Assembly: GCA_965248575.1 (NCBI GenBank) | Contig: CBDFJQ010000002.1 | Span: 32,001 to 96,000 of the forward strand | Reading direction: 5' to 3' | DNA: 64,000 nucleotides | DNA from: Planctomycetota bacterium | GTDB taxonomy: Bacteria > Planctomycetota > B15-G4 | In this document: piece after piece, positions 1 to 8,233 of the stretch | Layout: every line of letters starts with the position of its first letter | Numbering within the stretch: position 1 is the first letter of the stretch | Made by a program: the position numbers and the translations under genes | The notes under the pieces: generated by a model | The model's database searches: none | Seen by the model: only the letters and a program-made list of their open reading frames with translations | Told to the model about the DNA's origin: nothing

Positions 1-1798
1 ACCTGGGCGACCGGACACTGGCGTCTACACCCTGGTGCCGGGTCGCCTGTCAGGCACGAACCCTGCAGGCTTCAATCTGGGCGACGTGGGAGCCGGGGAC
101 GGACTCATGGCGGTGCAGATCCTGGGGGCAGCCTCACAGGATGGGACGGCCGGTTTGTCAGCGGCCGGCGTGGGCGACTTCGATGGCGATGGCAGCCCCG
201 ATCTCGCCCTGGGTTTCCCCGCCTCCTCCCAGTCGATCGGCGGGGTGGTCACCTTCAATGCGGGCTACGCCAGCTACTTGAGCGGCGCCCAGCTGGACCC
301 GAACAGCGTGCACACCGTGGACATGGACGGGAATCTCACGGGCATCGAACTCTTGCGCGTGCATGCCGAGAGCACCAACGCCCGGGGTGGCAGCTCCCTG
401 GCTGCGGGGGATGCCAATGGTGACGGCTACTTGGACTTGCTGGTCGGTGCCGCGGGTGCAGCGTCCGACCCCTCTCCGCAGGACCCGACAGGCATGGCGT
501 TCACGAACACGGGGCGTGGGCATGTGGTGTTCGGGCCCTTGACCGTCATCATCGGCTCTTCGCCCAGCGCCTCCTTCTTCGAAGGACCCAGCGTCTTCAT
601 CACGCTCTTCGGTTCGGCGGTTGGCGTGAGCGTGGACTTCGATGGTGTTCCTGCCGCGACGCTGGGGGTGACAGGCGACGACCCCATCGTGATCGAAGTG
701 GCGGTGCCTGCGCCGATGTCTCCGGGCGCTGCGGAGACAGTGGACATTCATCTGAACACCGGCGGGGGTGTCGCGACCCTGGCGAATGCCTTCACCTATC
801 AGGCGTTCAGCATCGGTTCGGGCCCCACTCCCAACCTGGTGATTCCTGGCGTCGAGATGAACTTCACGGGCACAGCCGTGTCCTCTCCAGGCGACATGCA
901 GGTCACGGTGGGCGGCCAGCCAGCCACCGTGTCCATGAGTGACCCGGTTGCAGGGACGCTGAGCATCGTGGCCCCGGTTGGTGTCCCCAACCTGGTGCCC
1001 TTGGACATCGAGTTCACCACAAGCAACGGGCAGGCTTCACTGGTCGGTGCGGTGACCTACGACGTGTTCGGCATCGGCTCGATCACACCGTCGAGCGGGC
1101 GCCAGGATGTCGGGATCAACGTGCCCATGGGCACGCCCGGTTTCAGCTACTTCGGCGAACCGGATCTTCCTGTGCAGGTCACGCTCATCACGAGCTCCGG
1201 GCTGGCACCGCTGGACACGACCATCGAATTCGGCAGTGACACGATGGGCTACCAGACCGCAGAGGTGACGGACATCTCTGGGGACACGGTGACGGTCAAT
1301 CTGCCCTACTGGTTGCTCGGCGATGTTTCGGTCCCGGTCGATGTGCGCGTCACGAACTCGGAGGGTCAGCTGTCGGTGACCGACGGCTTCACCTACCTCC
1401 CGAGCGACTTCCTCTCCGACTCGAGCACCGAGAACCCCGGTTTCGGCGACGCTCCCGAGCTGGTTGCCGCGGGCGACTATCGCCCCAACGGCAAGGCGCT
1501 GATCCTGTTGCGCGGTTGGCCTGCTGCAGAAACGGAGTTCGGTGTGGCCGTCATGGGCCTCGACCTCTTCGATCCCTTCGCGCCCTTCTTCGGGGGGCTC
1601 CTGGCTCCCATGCCGAAGCTGGTGTTGATGCTGCCGCTCGGAGGGCTTCCGGACTTTGCCATCCAGTTGAATCACTCCCCGACCCTGGGGCCTGAGGGCT
1701 TGAAAGTCTGGGCTCAGTTCGTCGTGCAGGAGTCCAACGGGCCCACGACCACCTGGTCGCACAGCAATCTGCTCGAGTTCACCGTCGGACCGGAGTAG
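1..1798 (+). CDS. FG-GAP repeat / IPT-TIG domain surface protein (5' partial)
   Basis: Frame is open from position 2. FG-GAP motifs GDFDGDGSPDLALG and GDANGDGYLDLLVGA, followed by IPT/TIG-like repeats ending FTY (NAFTY, DGFTY). Confidence 0.8.
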   Translation, partial: PGRPDTGVYTLVPGRLSGTNPAGFNLGDVGAGDGLMAVQILGAASQDGTAGLSAAGVGDFDGDGSPDLALGFPASSQSIGGVVTFNAGYASYLSGAQLDPNSVHTVDMDGNLTGIELLRVHAESTNARGGSSLAAGDANGDGYLDLLVGAAGAASDPSPQDPTGMAFTNTGRGHVVFGPLTVIIGSSPSASFFEGPSVFITLFGSAVGVSVDFDGVPAATLGVTGDDPIVIEVAVPAPMSPGAAETVDIHLNTGGGVATLANAFTYQAFSIGSGPTPNLVIPGVEMNFTGTAVSSPGDMQVTVGGQPATVSMSDPVAGTLSIVAPVGVPNLVPLDIEFTTSNGQASLVGAVTYDVFGIGSITPSSGRQDVGINVPMGTPGFSYFGEPDLPVQVTLITSSGLAPLDTTIEFGSDTMGYQTAEVTDISGDTVTVNLPYWLLGDVSVPVDVRVTNSEGQLSVTDGFTYLPSDFLSDSSTENPGFGDAPELVAAGDYRPNGKALILLRGWPAAETEFGVAVMGLDLFDPFAPFFGGLLAPMPKLVLMLPLGGLPDFAIQLNHSPTLGPEGLKVWAQFVVQESNGPTTTWSHSNLLEFTVGPE

Positions 1799-1803
1799 TG
1801 CGC

Positions 1804-2745
1804 ATGCTCAGGAAGCGTCACTGGATCGTGATCGCGATCTGCCTCGTCATGCTTGGCTGCACGACGGCGCCGGAACGTCCGGCAGGGGTGGGGGAGCACC
1901 GCTGGGCTCACCAGCTCGCAGACGGGCAGGTGCACTTGATCCACTACCTGGACTCGGCCTACGCAGTGCCAGGACGTGCTGGCAGGCGACCACCCGCGGA
2001 CGAGGCCCTCGTGCTGGTCCATGGTTGGGCGGGAAGCTCAGCCTCCTGGCGCAAGCAGTTCCCGGAATTGGCCGAGCTGGCGGAGATCCCGCGCGTCCTC
2101 GCGCTGGACCTGATCGGGCACGGTGAGAGCGATGCGCCGGTCCAGGACTACAGCATGGCCTTCATGGCCGATTCGGTCCTGGCCGCCATGGATCAGGCCG
2201 GGGTCCGGCGAGCCGTGCTGGTGGGCCACAGCAACGGTGTGCCTGTTGTCCTGAAGTTTGCGGAGCGGTATCCGGAGCGCACCGCGGCTCTCGTGGGTGT
2301 CGATGGGGCCATGAAGCCGCTCATGGATCGAGACGTCTTTGATCGCGCCTTCGCTCCCTTCCGGGAGGACAACTGGCGCGACGTCATGGGCGGCATGATC
2401 GCCGGCATGGCGGGCAACGGCCTGTCCCCGGAAGACCGGGCCGCGATCACCGCGATGGCCGTGGCGACGCCTCAGCACACGGTGCTCGCTTCAGCAGAAG
2501 CGGTCGTGGCGGAGGATGCCTACGGCGCCCTCGAGCTCAGCGTTCCCGTGTTGCTTCTGCTCGCAGAGCAACCCACATGGGATGCCAGCTATGAAGCCTG
2601 GGTGCGGGAGGCCTTGCCCCAGGTGATGTACGTCATCTGGAGCGACGTGAGCCACTACCTGCATACGGAGCGGCCTGCCGCATTTGCGCAACTGCTGCAG
2701 TTGTTCCTGAACCGCAACGGATTGTTGGACGCAGCTGGCCCCTGA
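1804..2745 (+). CDS. alpha/beta-fold hydrolase, probable lipoprotein
   Basis: VHGW oxyanion motif, DLIGHGES, nucleophile elbow GHSNG, C-terminal His (SHYLH). N-terminal hydrophobic stretch ends LVMLGC. Start at 1798 or 1804. Confidence 0.85.
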   Translation: MLRKRHWIVIAICLVMLGCTTAPERPAGVGEHRWAHQLADGQVHLIHYLDSAYAVPGRAGRRPPADEALVLVHGWAGSSASWRKQFPELAELAEIPRVLALDLIGHGESDAPVQDYSMAFMADSVLAAMDQAGVRRAVLVGHSNGVPVVLKFAERYPERTAALVGVDGAMKPLMDRDVFDRAFAPFREDNWRDVMGGMIAGMAGNGLSPEDRAAITAMAVATPQHTVLASAEAVVAEDAYGALELSVPVLLLLAEQPTWDASYEAWVREALPQVMYVIWSDVSHYLHTERPAAFAQLLQLFLNRNGLLDAAGP

Positions 2746-2757
2746 CGCCTGCGGGTC

Positions 2758-3426
2758 TCAGACCGCGAGCAGGTCGTCGATGATGTCCTGCAAGGCGCGA
2801 CGCTCGGCGGCGTTGTTGACCCTCAAGCCGTAGAGATAGTGCAGCGCCTCCCGTTCCACGCGGGCCACGGTGACGGCCAGGGTGACAGGTTCGCCCTTAC
2901 CGAGCTCGACCTCCACGCTGAGCAGCGTACCTTCGGCGAACCAGTTGCGGGCAGCGCGCACGACGCGAACGGCGAAACCCGTGGGTGACACATCGACGAT
3001 ACGGCCCGAGGCGGACTCGGACTCACCGCGGATGTTCACCATGAGGTTCACCCTCACCGGCTTCGTGGCCTGGCGCATGCCACGACGGCGTTGGCAAGGA
3101 GCGACTGCGGTGGGTGCCTCCAACACGACCTTGGCTGCGCTCGGACGATCGCTGTAGGCCAGCCAGTCGTGGATGGAGGTCAGGAAGGTGTGCACCTGGC
3201 CCGAATCATCCGTGAAGAAGCCACGCACTGCGGCGCCGTTGCGAACGATACCGACGAAGTCGTCGGGAAGGGTCGAAGAGACCTGCGGACGGCCGTGCGA
3301 GTCGGTGCGCATGAAGGTGCCCGTGCACTGCACGATCTCGCCGTTGACCAGCACCCAAAGTTCCAAGGGGTGGCCGTGATGGCAGGCAGTGTCGAGCGGT
3401 GGGGGCAGGACGTGGGTGGCACCCAT
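2758..3426 (-). CDS. PilZ-domain (c-di-GMP receptor) protein, YcgR-like two-domain layout
   Basis: QRRRGMR (RxxxR) and DVSPTG (D/NxSxxG) motifs; GAGGAG RBS upstream. Confidence 0.8.
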   Translation of the reverse strand: MGATHVLPPPLDTACHHGHPLELWVLVNGEIVQCTGTFMRTDSHGRPQVSSTLPDDFVGIVRNGAAVRGFFTDDSGQVHTFLTSIHDWLAYSDRPSAAKVVLEAPTAVAPCQRRRGMRQATKPVRVNLMVNIRGESESASGRIVDVSPTGFAVRVVRAARNWFAEGTLLSVEVELGKGEPVTLAVTVARVEREALHYLYGLRVNNAAERRALQDIIDDLLAV

Positions 3427-3627
3427 CGACGGGTCTCCTCGTTTGCAGGGGTGAGGCGGGCTCTCCTTTCTCGACCTCCAGAGGCTTCCAAGTTGAGCCA
3501 GCCCAGCTGCTCGCGGCCGGAATCTGCTTCCAGAGCTGAATCCATCGCCGAGGCGGCCGCTGATTCCCCCACGGGCGGGACGTCGAAGGGGGGATTCGGG
3601 CGATCGGAAGGGGGGCCTCAGCCCCCC

Positions 3628-4734
3628 TTACGCCCCCGGATGAACGGCCTGCAGGGCTTCCCGGATGAAGCTCTCTGGCACGTCCGAGTGGACCGCAACT
3701 CGTCCTGGAGCATGCAGGGCCACGAGTGTGTGGGTCCCCGCCGCCCGCTTCTTGTCCCGGGTCAGTTGCTTCAGGACGTCCTGCACAGCGAAGGGCGTAG
3801 CGATGGGCAGCTGCCACTCTTGGAGTTGGGTGCGCAGGCTTCCCTCCAGCGCAGGCAGCGCGGGTGCTGGGCCTGTCGGGTGTGGGTCTGCCAGAAGCGT
3901 CCCCAGCCTGCACGCGCACAGAAGGCCCAGCCCGACCGCCTCACCGTGCTCCAGGAGATGACCGTCATGGATGCCTGGCGATGTTCGCGTGGGGCTGCTC
4001 TGCTCGGCCGCCTGCAGGGACAGGGCTTCGAACGCGTGACCGAAGCTGTGGCCGAGGTTGAGCAGCCGCCTCGAACCCCGGTCGTAGGGGTCCCCTTCCA
4101 CCAGCTTCAGTTTGGCGCTGACCACGTCTGCCATGACTTGCGTGGCGCGCGGAGCAGCCTGTCGAAGCTCGACTTCTGTCAGCTCTCGGGCGACCTCCCA
4201 CAGGGGGCCGCCGACGATCAGGGCGGTCTTCAACAACTCGGCAAATCCGGCACGCAGGCAGCGGTCCGACAAGCTGCGCAGGGCGTCAGGGTCGAGGATC
4301 ACTTGCAGCGGGAGATGAAAACTGCCGACGGTGTTCTTGCCGCCGCCCAGGTTGATGGCTGTCTTGCCGCCTAGCGCAGCGTCCACCTGCCCCACGACCG
4401 AGGTGGGCACCGCAACCCAAGGCATCCCGCGCCGATGAAGTGAGGCGGCGAGGCCGCCCAGGTCGGTCACGACACCGCCGCCCACTGCCACCAACAGGGC
4501 ATCTCGATCCATGCCCGTCTCATCCAGTGCACGGAGCAGCCGCTCCAAGGTGGCCCAGGATTTGCTGCTTTCCCCGGCAGGGATGACGAGGCGGGGGGTG
4601 TCCCCCCATGGGCCCTTGAGCAAGGGCTCGACGTTGCGATCGGTGAGCAGGAAGATCTGCGAACAGACAGGCAAGCCGTGGGGTAGCGCAGCGAGCTGTC
4701 CCGCCCCGAAGCGAACCGTGTCCGCGAGACTCAT
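3628..4734 (-). CDS. aroB: 3-dehydroquinate synthase
   Basis: GESSK, GGGVVTDLGG, DAALGGKTAIN, KNTVGSF and LNLGHSFGHAFE motifs. Confidence 0.92.
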   Translation of the reverse strand: MSLADTVRFGAGQLAALPHGLPVCSQIFLLTDRNVEPLLKGPWGDTPRLVIPAGESSKSWATLERLLRALDETGMDRDALLVAVGGGVVTDLGGLAASLHRRGMPWVAVPTSVVGQVDAALGGKTAINLGGGKNTVGSFHLPLQVILDPDALRSLSDRCLRAGFAELLKTALIVGGPLWEVARELTEVELRQAAPRATQVMADVVSAKLKLVEGDPYDRGSRRLLNLGHSFGHAFEALSLQAAEQSSPTRTSPGIHDGHLLEHGEAVGLGLLCACRLGTLLADPHPTGPAPALPALEGSLRTQLQEWQLPIATPFAVQDVLKQLTRDKKRAAGTHTLVALHAPGRVAVHSDVPESFIREALQAVHPGA

Positions 4735-6164
4735 GGAGCGGACGGGGGTTCGGGTGATCCGTCGGCATCATCGGGCACCGTTTCGGCGCTGGCCTCGAGT
4801 GACGTGTCCGTGCCCTGTGTCGTCGATCCGCTGTTCTTCGTGACGATCCGGCGCCTGCGGGCCATGCGACTTCCGCGGGCAACCAAGGCTGAACGGCGTT
4901 CGCGCCACTGCCCCACTGCGACGAGCAACACGATCGCAGCGACGACGCCCACGATGACCCTCATCAGGACGGGGGTGAGCTCGTCCTTGCCAGGGACGAA
5001 GCGTTCGATGCTGCGGCTGGGGATGACCGCCACCATGCGCGGGTGGTTGGCCTTGTTCTCGAAGGAGAAGCGTCGGAAGAACGTGCCCTTCACGTCGACG
5101 ATGTCTCCCTCGGCGACACCTTCCGGCTTGTCGAGACACATGACGAGCATGGTTCCTGCATCGCCAGAGCGGGTGTCGGAGACCCAGAGCTGCCACACGA
5201 AGGGGTCCCCCAGCGGGTTCTCTCCCCGCGGCCCCAGGGGGGCTTCCTTCATGTACATGAGCACGCCGGTCATGTGCACGGAGCGTCCGCGCCAGTAGCC
5301 CGGGTCCTGGAGCAGCAGGTGCGGCATGGTCTCCGTCGGCGGGTCGTGCTCGGGAAACATCACGTCCAAGGGTGCGTGGGTGACGTAGCTCAGCAGTGTG
5401 TAGTACGCGAGGCTATCGAGGGGGCGGTTGGCCAGGGTCAGGCTGTGGTCCTGCACGCTCTCAAAGAGGTCCGCCGGCATTTCGAGCACGGGGTCCATGA
5501 GGTAGGAGGACGCCAGGATCTCCTCGCCGACGATCAAGGGTGCCCGCACGAACTCCGTGTTCGGCTTCACCATGTCGTGCTGCTTCAGGTAGAAGCCTGC
5601 AAGGCGCACGACGTCACCGACCTCGATGTCCCAAGGCTGGGTGAGCACAGCGAATGTCCACGGCCTACCAGTCTCGTCGTTGATCTGTCCGCGGTAGTAG
5701 CGCAGTCGCCCGACTTGCTCGGTGTCCATCCACTTGAGTTGCCCCAAGACCGAGAAGACGTTGCCACGCTGGGCGCTCGAGTCCTGGGCGAGTTCGTCCC
5801 AGTCACCGTCGCGCATACCCAGCTGTTCGAGGTCGCCGTAGGCCAGCTTGCCCGCTTGCTCAAGCAGGTGGACCAGGGCGTCTTGCTCCAGGTAGGCGCG
5901 CTCGGCATCCGACGAGTCGCGCACCGTCCCCATGAGCCCGGTGTCCACGCGTGCTGCTGGGGGCAGCGGATCCGCGGGGGTGTCCAGGGCGTCGATGGAC
6001 TCGCTGGCCTGGCGCAGCGGCCCTGCCTTCGGGCGCATGATGCGCCAAGCGCCGTAGACGATGACGATGGCGAGCAGGTAGACGAACACTCGCCGCTTGA
6101 ACTGTTTGTTCAGTTCGCTGGCGCGCTTGCCTTGGGCGGCTTGGCCGATGCGTGTGCGATCCAC
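4731..6164 (-). CDS. hypothetical membrane-anchored protein with two repeated OB-fold-like domains
   Basis: TM helices near both ends; internal repeat GDVVRLAGFYLK / GDIVDVKGTFFR; 4-bp overlap with aroB. Confidence 0.7.
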   Translation of the reverse strand: MDRTRIGQAAQGKRASELNKQFKRRVFVYLLAIVIVYGAWRIMRPKAGPLRQASESIDALDTPADPLPPAARVDTGLMGTVRDSSDAERAYLEQDALVHLLEQAGKLAYGDLEQLGMRDGDWDELAQDSSAQRGNVFSVLGQLKWMDTEQVGRLRYYRGQINDETGRPWTFAVLTQPWDIEVGDVVRLAGFYLKQHDMVKPNTEFVRAPLIVGEEILASSYLMDPVLEMPADLFESVQDHSLTLANRPLDSLAYYTLLSYVTHAPLDVMFPEHDPPTETMPHLLLQDPGYWRGRSVHMTGVLMYMKEAPLGPRGENPLGDPFVWQLWVSDTRSGDAGTMLVMCLDKPEGVAEGDIVDVKGTFFRRFSFENKANHPRMVAVIPSRSIERFVPGKDELTPVLMRVIVGVVAAIVLLVAVGQWRERRSALVARGSRMARRRRIVTKNSGSTTQGTDTSLEASAETVPDDADGSPEPPSAP

Positions 6165-6173
6165 GAAGGAGGC

Positions 6174-6893
6174 CTAGACCGTGGCGACCGGAGCGTCGCA
6201 GGCCGAGACCAGGGCTCGGAAGAGAGCCTGCTGGCCTGCGTCTTCCGGCATGCGCTCGGGATGCCACTGAACACCGAGCAAGAAGCGGTGCCCGGGGAGT
6301 TCGCAGGCTTCGATGACGTCGTCCTCCGTCCAGGCGCTGGCAATCAAACCTCGGCCAAGCCTACCGATCGCCTGGTGGTGGGCGCTGTTGGTCGGGAAGG
6401 ATGCCCCCAGCAGCCGCCCGATGGCCGAGTTCGGGTCGGCCCGCACCGCATGGGGCGCGGCTTCAAAGCCGGCGCTGTGGTTGAGGATCTGGGAGCCGAG
6501 ATCGGGCAGATGCTGGATCACGGAGCCGCCGGCCACCACGTTCAGGGTTTGCATGCCTCCGCAGATGGCCAGGCAGGGCAGCTCGTGCTCCAGCACGGCA
6601 TGGCAGACAGCCAGCTCGGTGGCCTGGCGCGCAGGGTGCATGAGTTCGGCCTTGGGGTGCAGTGGCTCCTGCCAAAGCACGCTGTCGAGGTCCTCGCTGC
6701 CCGTCAGGACGAGGCCGTCGAGACGGGCCAGCACGTCCTCCAGGCCTGGGAGACCCTTGCCCCGGGCGGTTTCCAGGAAGGGCAGCGCGACGGGGATCGC
6801 CCCGGCCCGGTGCAGCGCCTGCACATAGGGAGGACGGACGACGGGTTGCCCGTCAGGCTCTGAACTACAGGTCACACCGATGAAGGGCCGCAT
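6174..6893 (-). CDS. class I glutamine amidotransferase, peptidase C26 / PuuD family
   Basis: LDGLVLTG, ICGGMQTLNV catalytic Cys, NSAHHQAI, GVQWHPE. Confidence 0.9.
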   Translation of the reverse strand: MRPFIGVTCSSEPDGQPVVRPPYVQALHRAGAIPVALPFLETARGKGLPGLEDVLARLDGLVLTGSEDLDSVLWQEPLHPKAELMHPARQATELAVCHAVLEHELPCLAICGGMQTLNVVAGGSVIQHLPDLGSQILNHSAGFEAAPHAVRADPNSAIGRLLGASFPTNSAHHQAIGRLGRGLIASAWTEDDVIEACELPGHRFLLGVQWHPERMPEDAGQQALFRALVSACDAPVATV

Positions 6894-6907
6894 GGCGCGA
6901 GATTATA

Positions 6908-8233
6908 GTGACGCGCATGGCCTCCGTGACACCTCACTCTGATCACCAAGACAGGATTCCTCTCTCCGCCCATGGGGCTCCAACCCTGAGCGACCCTTCA
7001 CCCTTCGCGGCCTTTGACGCCTTGCTGGACCTGGAGCGAAGCCGCGCCTTCCATGCCGGCCAGAAGGCGCTGAGCCTGGCGTGCATGGGAGACCTGCTGG
7101 ACGCCTTGGATTTCTCCCCCGGCGAGGACTTCTCGGCCTGCGTGCACGTGGCCGGAAGCGAAGGCAAGACAAGCGTGAGCGAGTCCGTGGGCGCCGGACT
7201 GCGGGCGGCTGGCTTGGCCACGGGGGTCTACACCTCGCCGCATTTGCGCGACCCTCGGGAAAGGATGCGTTTGGATGGGCGTCTTCCAGACTCGGCTGCG
7301 GTGCGCTCGTCGGTGGAGGCTGTCTGGCTCGCTGGCGAGGGGCGGGGCCTCAAACCCAGTTGGTTCGAGGCGATGACCGCCACCGCTTGGCAGCTCTTCC
7401 GCAGCTCGGGCGCCCAGGCCGCCGTCTGGGAAACGGGCTTGGGAGGGCGGCTGGATGCCACCCGCCTGTTGCCGGCGCACGTGTGTGTCATCACGTCGAT
7501 CAGCCTGGAGCACACGGCGATCCTGGGGCACGAGCTGGCGGCCATCGCCCGCGAAAAGGCCGGAATCGTGCGACCGGGAGTGCCGCTCGTGGCCGGTCGT
7601 TGGCTTGCCGACGAGGTGCTGGATGTCTTTCGCGAGGTCACCGAAGGAGCAGGGTCGCCGCTGCTGCTGGTGGAGCCCGACACGCACGGCGAGGGCCCGG
7701 AGTGGGCAGCGCGGAATCGTGCGCTGGCCTACGCGGCGCTCGAGGCCGTGTCGGGCAACGAAGCCGCCGGCCCTGTGAGGGTCTGGCCCTGGGCCGAGGT
7801 GCGCGCCGCCTTGGGCGCACACCGCGCGGAGGGCCGCGACGAGTTCCTCGAGGGGGTGCTCTACGACGGCGCCCACACCGTGGCCGCGGTGGAGGGGCTC
7901 GCCCGGCGCCTGAACGGTTCCGGCCCCGTGCTCTTCGGCGCCACCTCCGGTCGGGATGTGCTGCGTATGGCCTCGGCCCTGCTGCCCGTCGCGAACCCCC
8001 TGGTGCTGACCAGGGCGCCAGGGAGCCGGGGTGAGGATCCGGCGGAGATCGCCCGGGCACTGCGGGAGCAGGGTCTTCGGGGAGATGTGTGGGTGGTGGA
8101 CGACCCCCATGAAGCCCTTGCCCAGGCCCGCCGCTGGGCCTCAGGCCCAAAATCTGATTCGCACCCGATCACGGTGACAGGTTCTCTGCACCTGATCGGT
8201 CTGTTGTTGCCTTCCCAGGAATCGCCTACGTGA
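6908..8233 (+). CDS. folC: folylpolyglutamate/dihydrofolate synthase
   Basis: HVAGSEGKTS, YTSPHL..RER, ETGLGGRLDAT, IAREKAGI, DGAH and VTGSL motifs. Confidence 0.88.
   Translation: MTRMASVTPHSDHQDRIPLSAHGAPTLSDPSPFAAFDALLDLERSRAFHAGQKALSLACMGDLLDALDFSPGEDFSACVHVAGSEGKTSVSESVGAGLRAAGLATGVYTSPHLRDPRERMRLDGRLPDSAAVRSSVEAVWLAGEGRGLKPSWFEAMTATAWQLFRSSGAQAAVWETGLGGRLDATRLLPAHVCVITSISLEHTAILGHELAAIAREKAGIVRPGVPLVAGRWLADEVLDVFREVTEGAGSPLLLVEPDTHGEGPEWAARNRALAYAALEAVSGNEAAGPVRVWPWAEVRAALGAHRAEGRDEFLEGVLYDGAHTVAAVEGLARRLNGSGPVLFGATSGRDVLRMASALLPVANPLVLTRAPGSRGEDPAEIARALREQGLRGDVWVVDDPHEALAQARRWASGPKSDSHPITVTGSLHLIGLLLPSQESPT

Noticed and set aside
3468..3496. Possible sigma-28 promoter for the PilZ gene (TCAA-N17-GTCGAGAA)
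   Set aside because: Spacer too long and weak -10.
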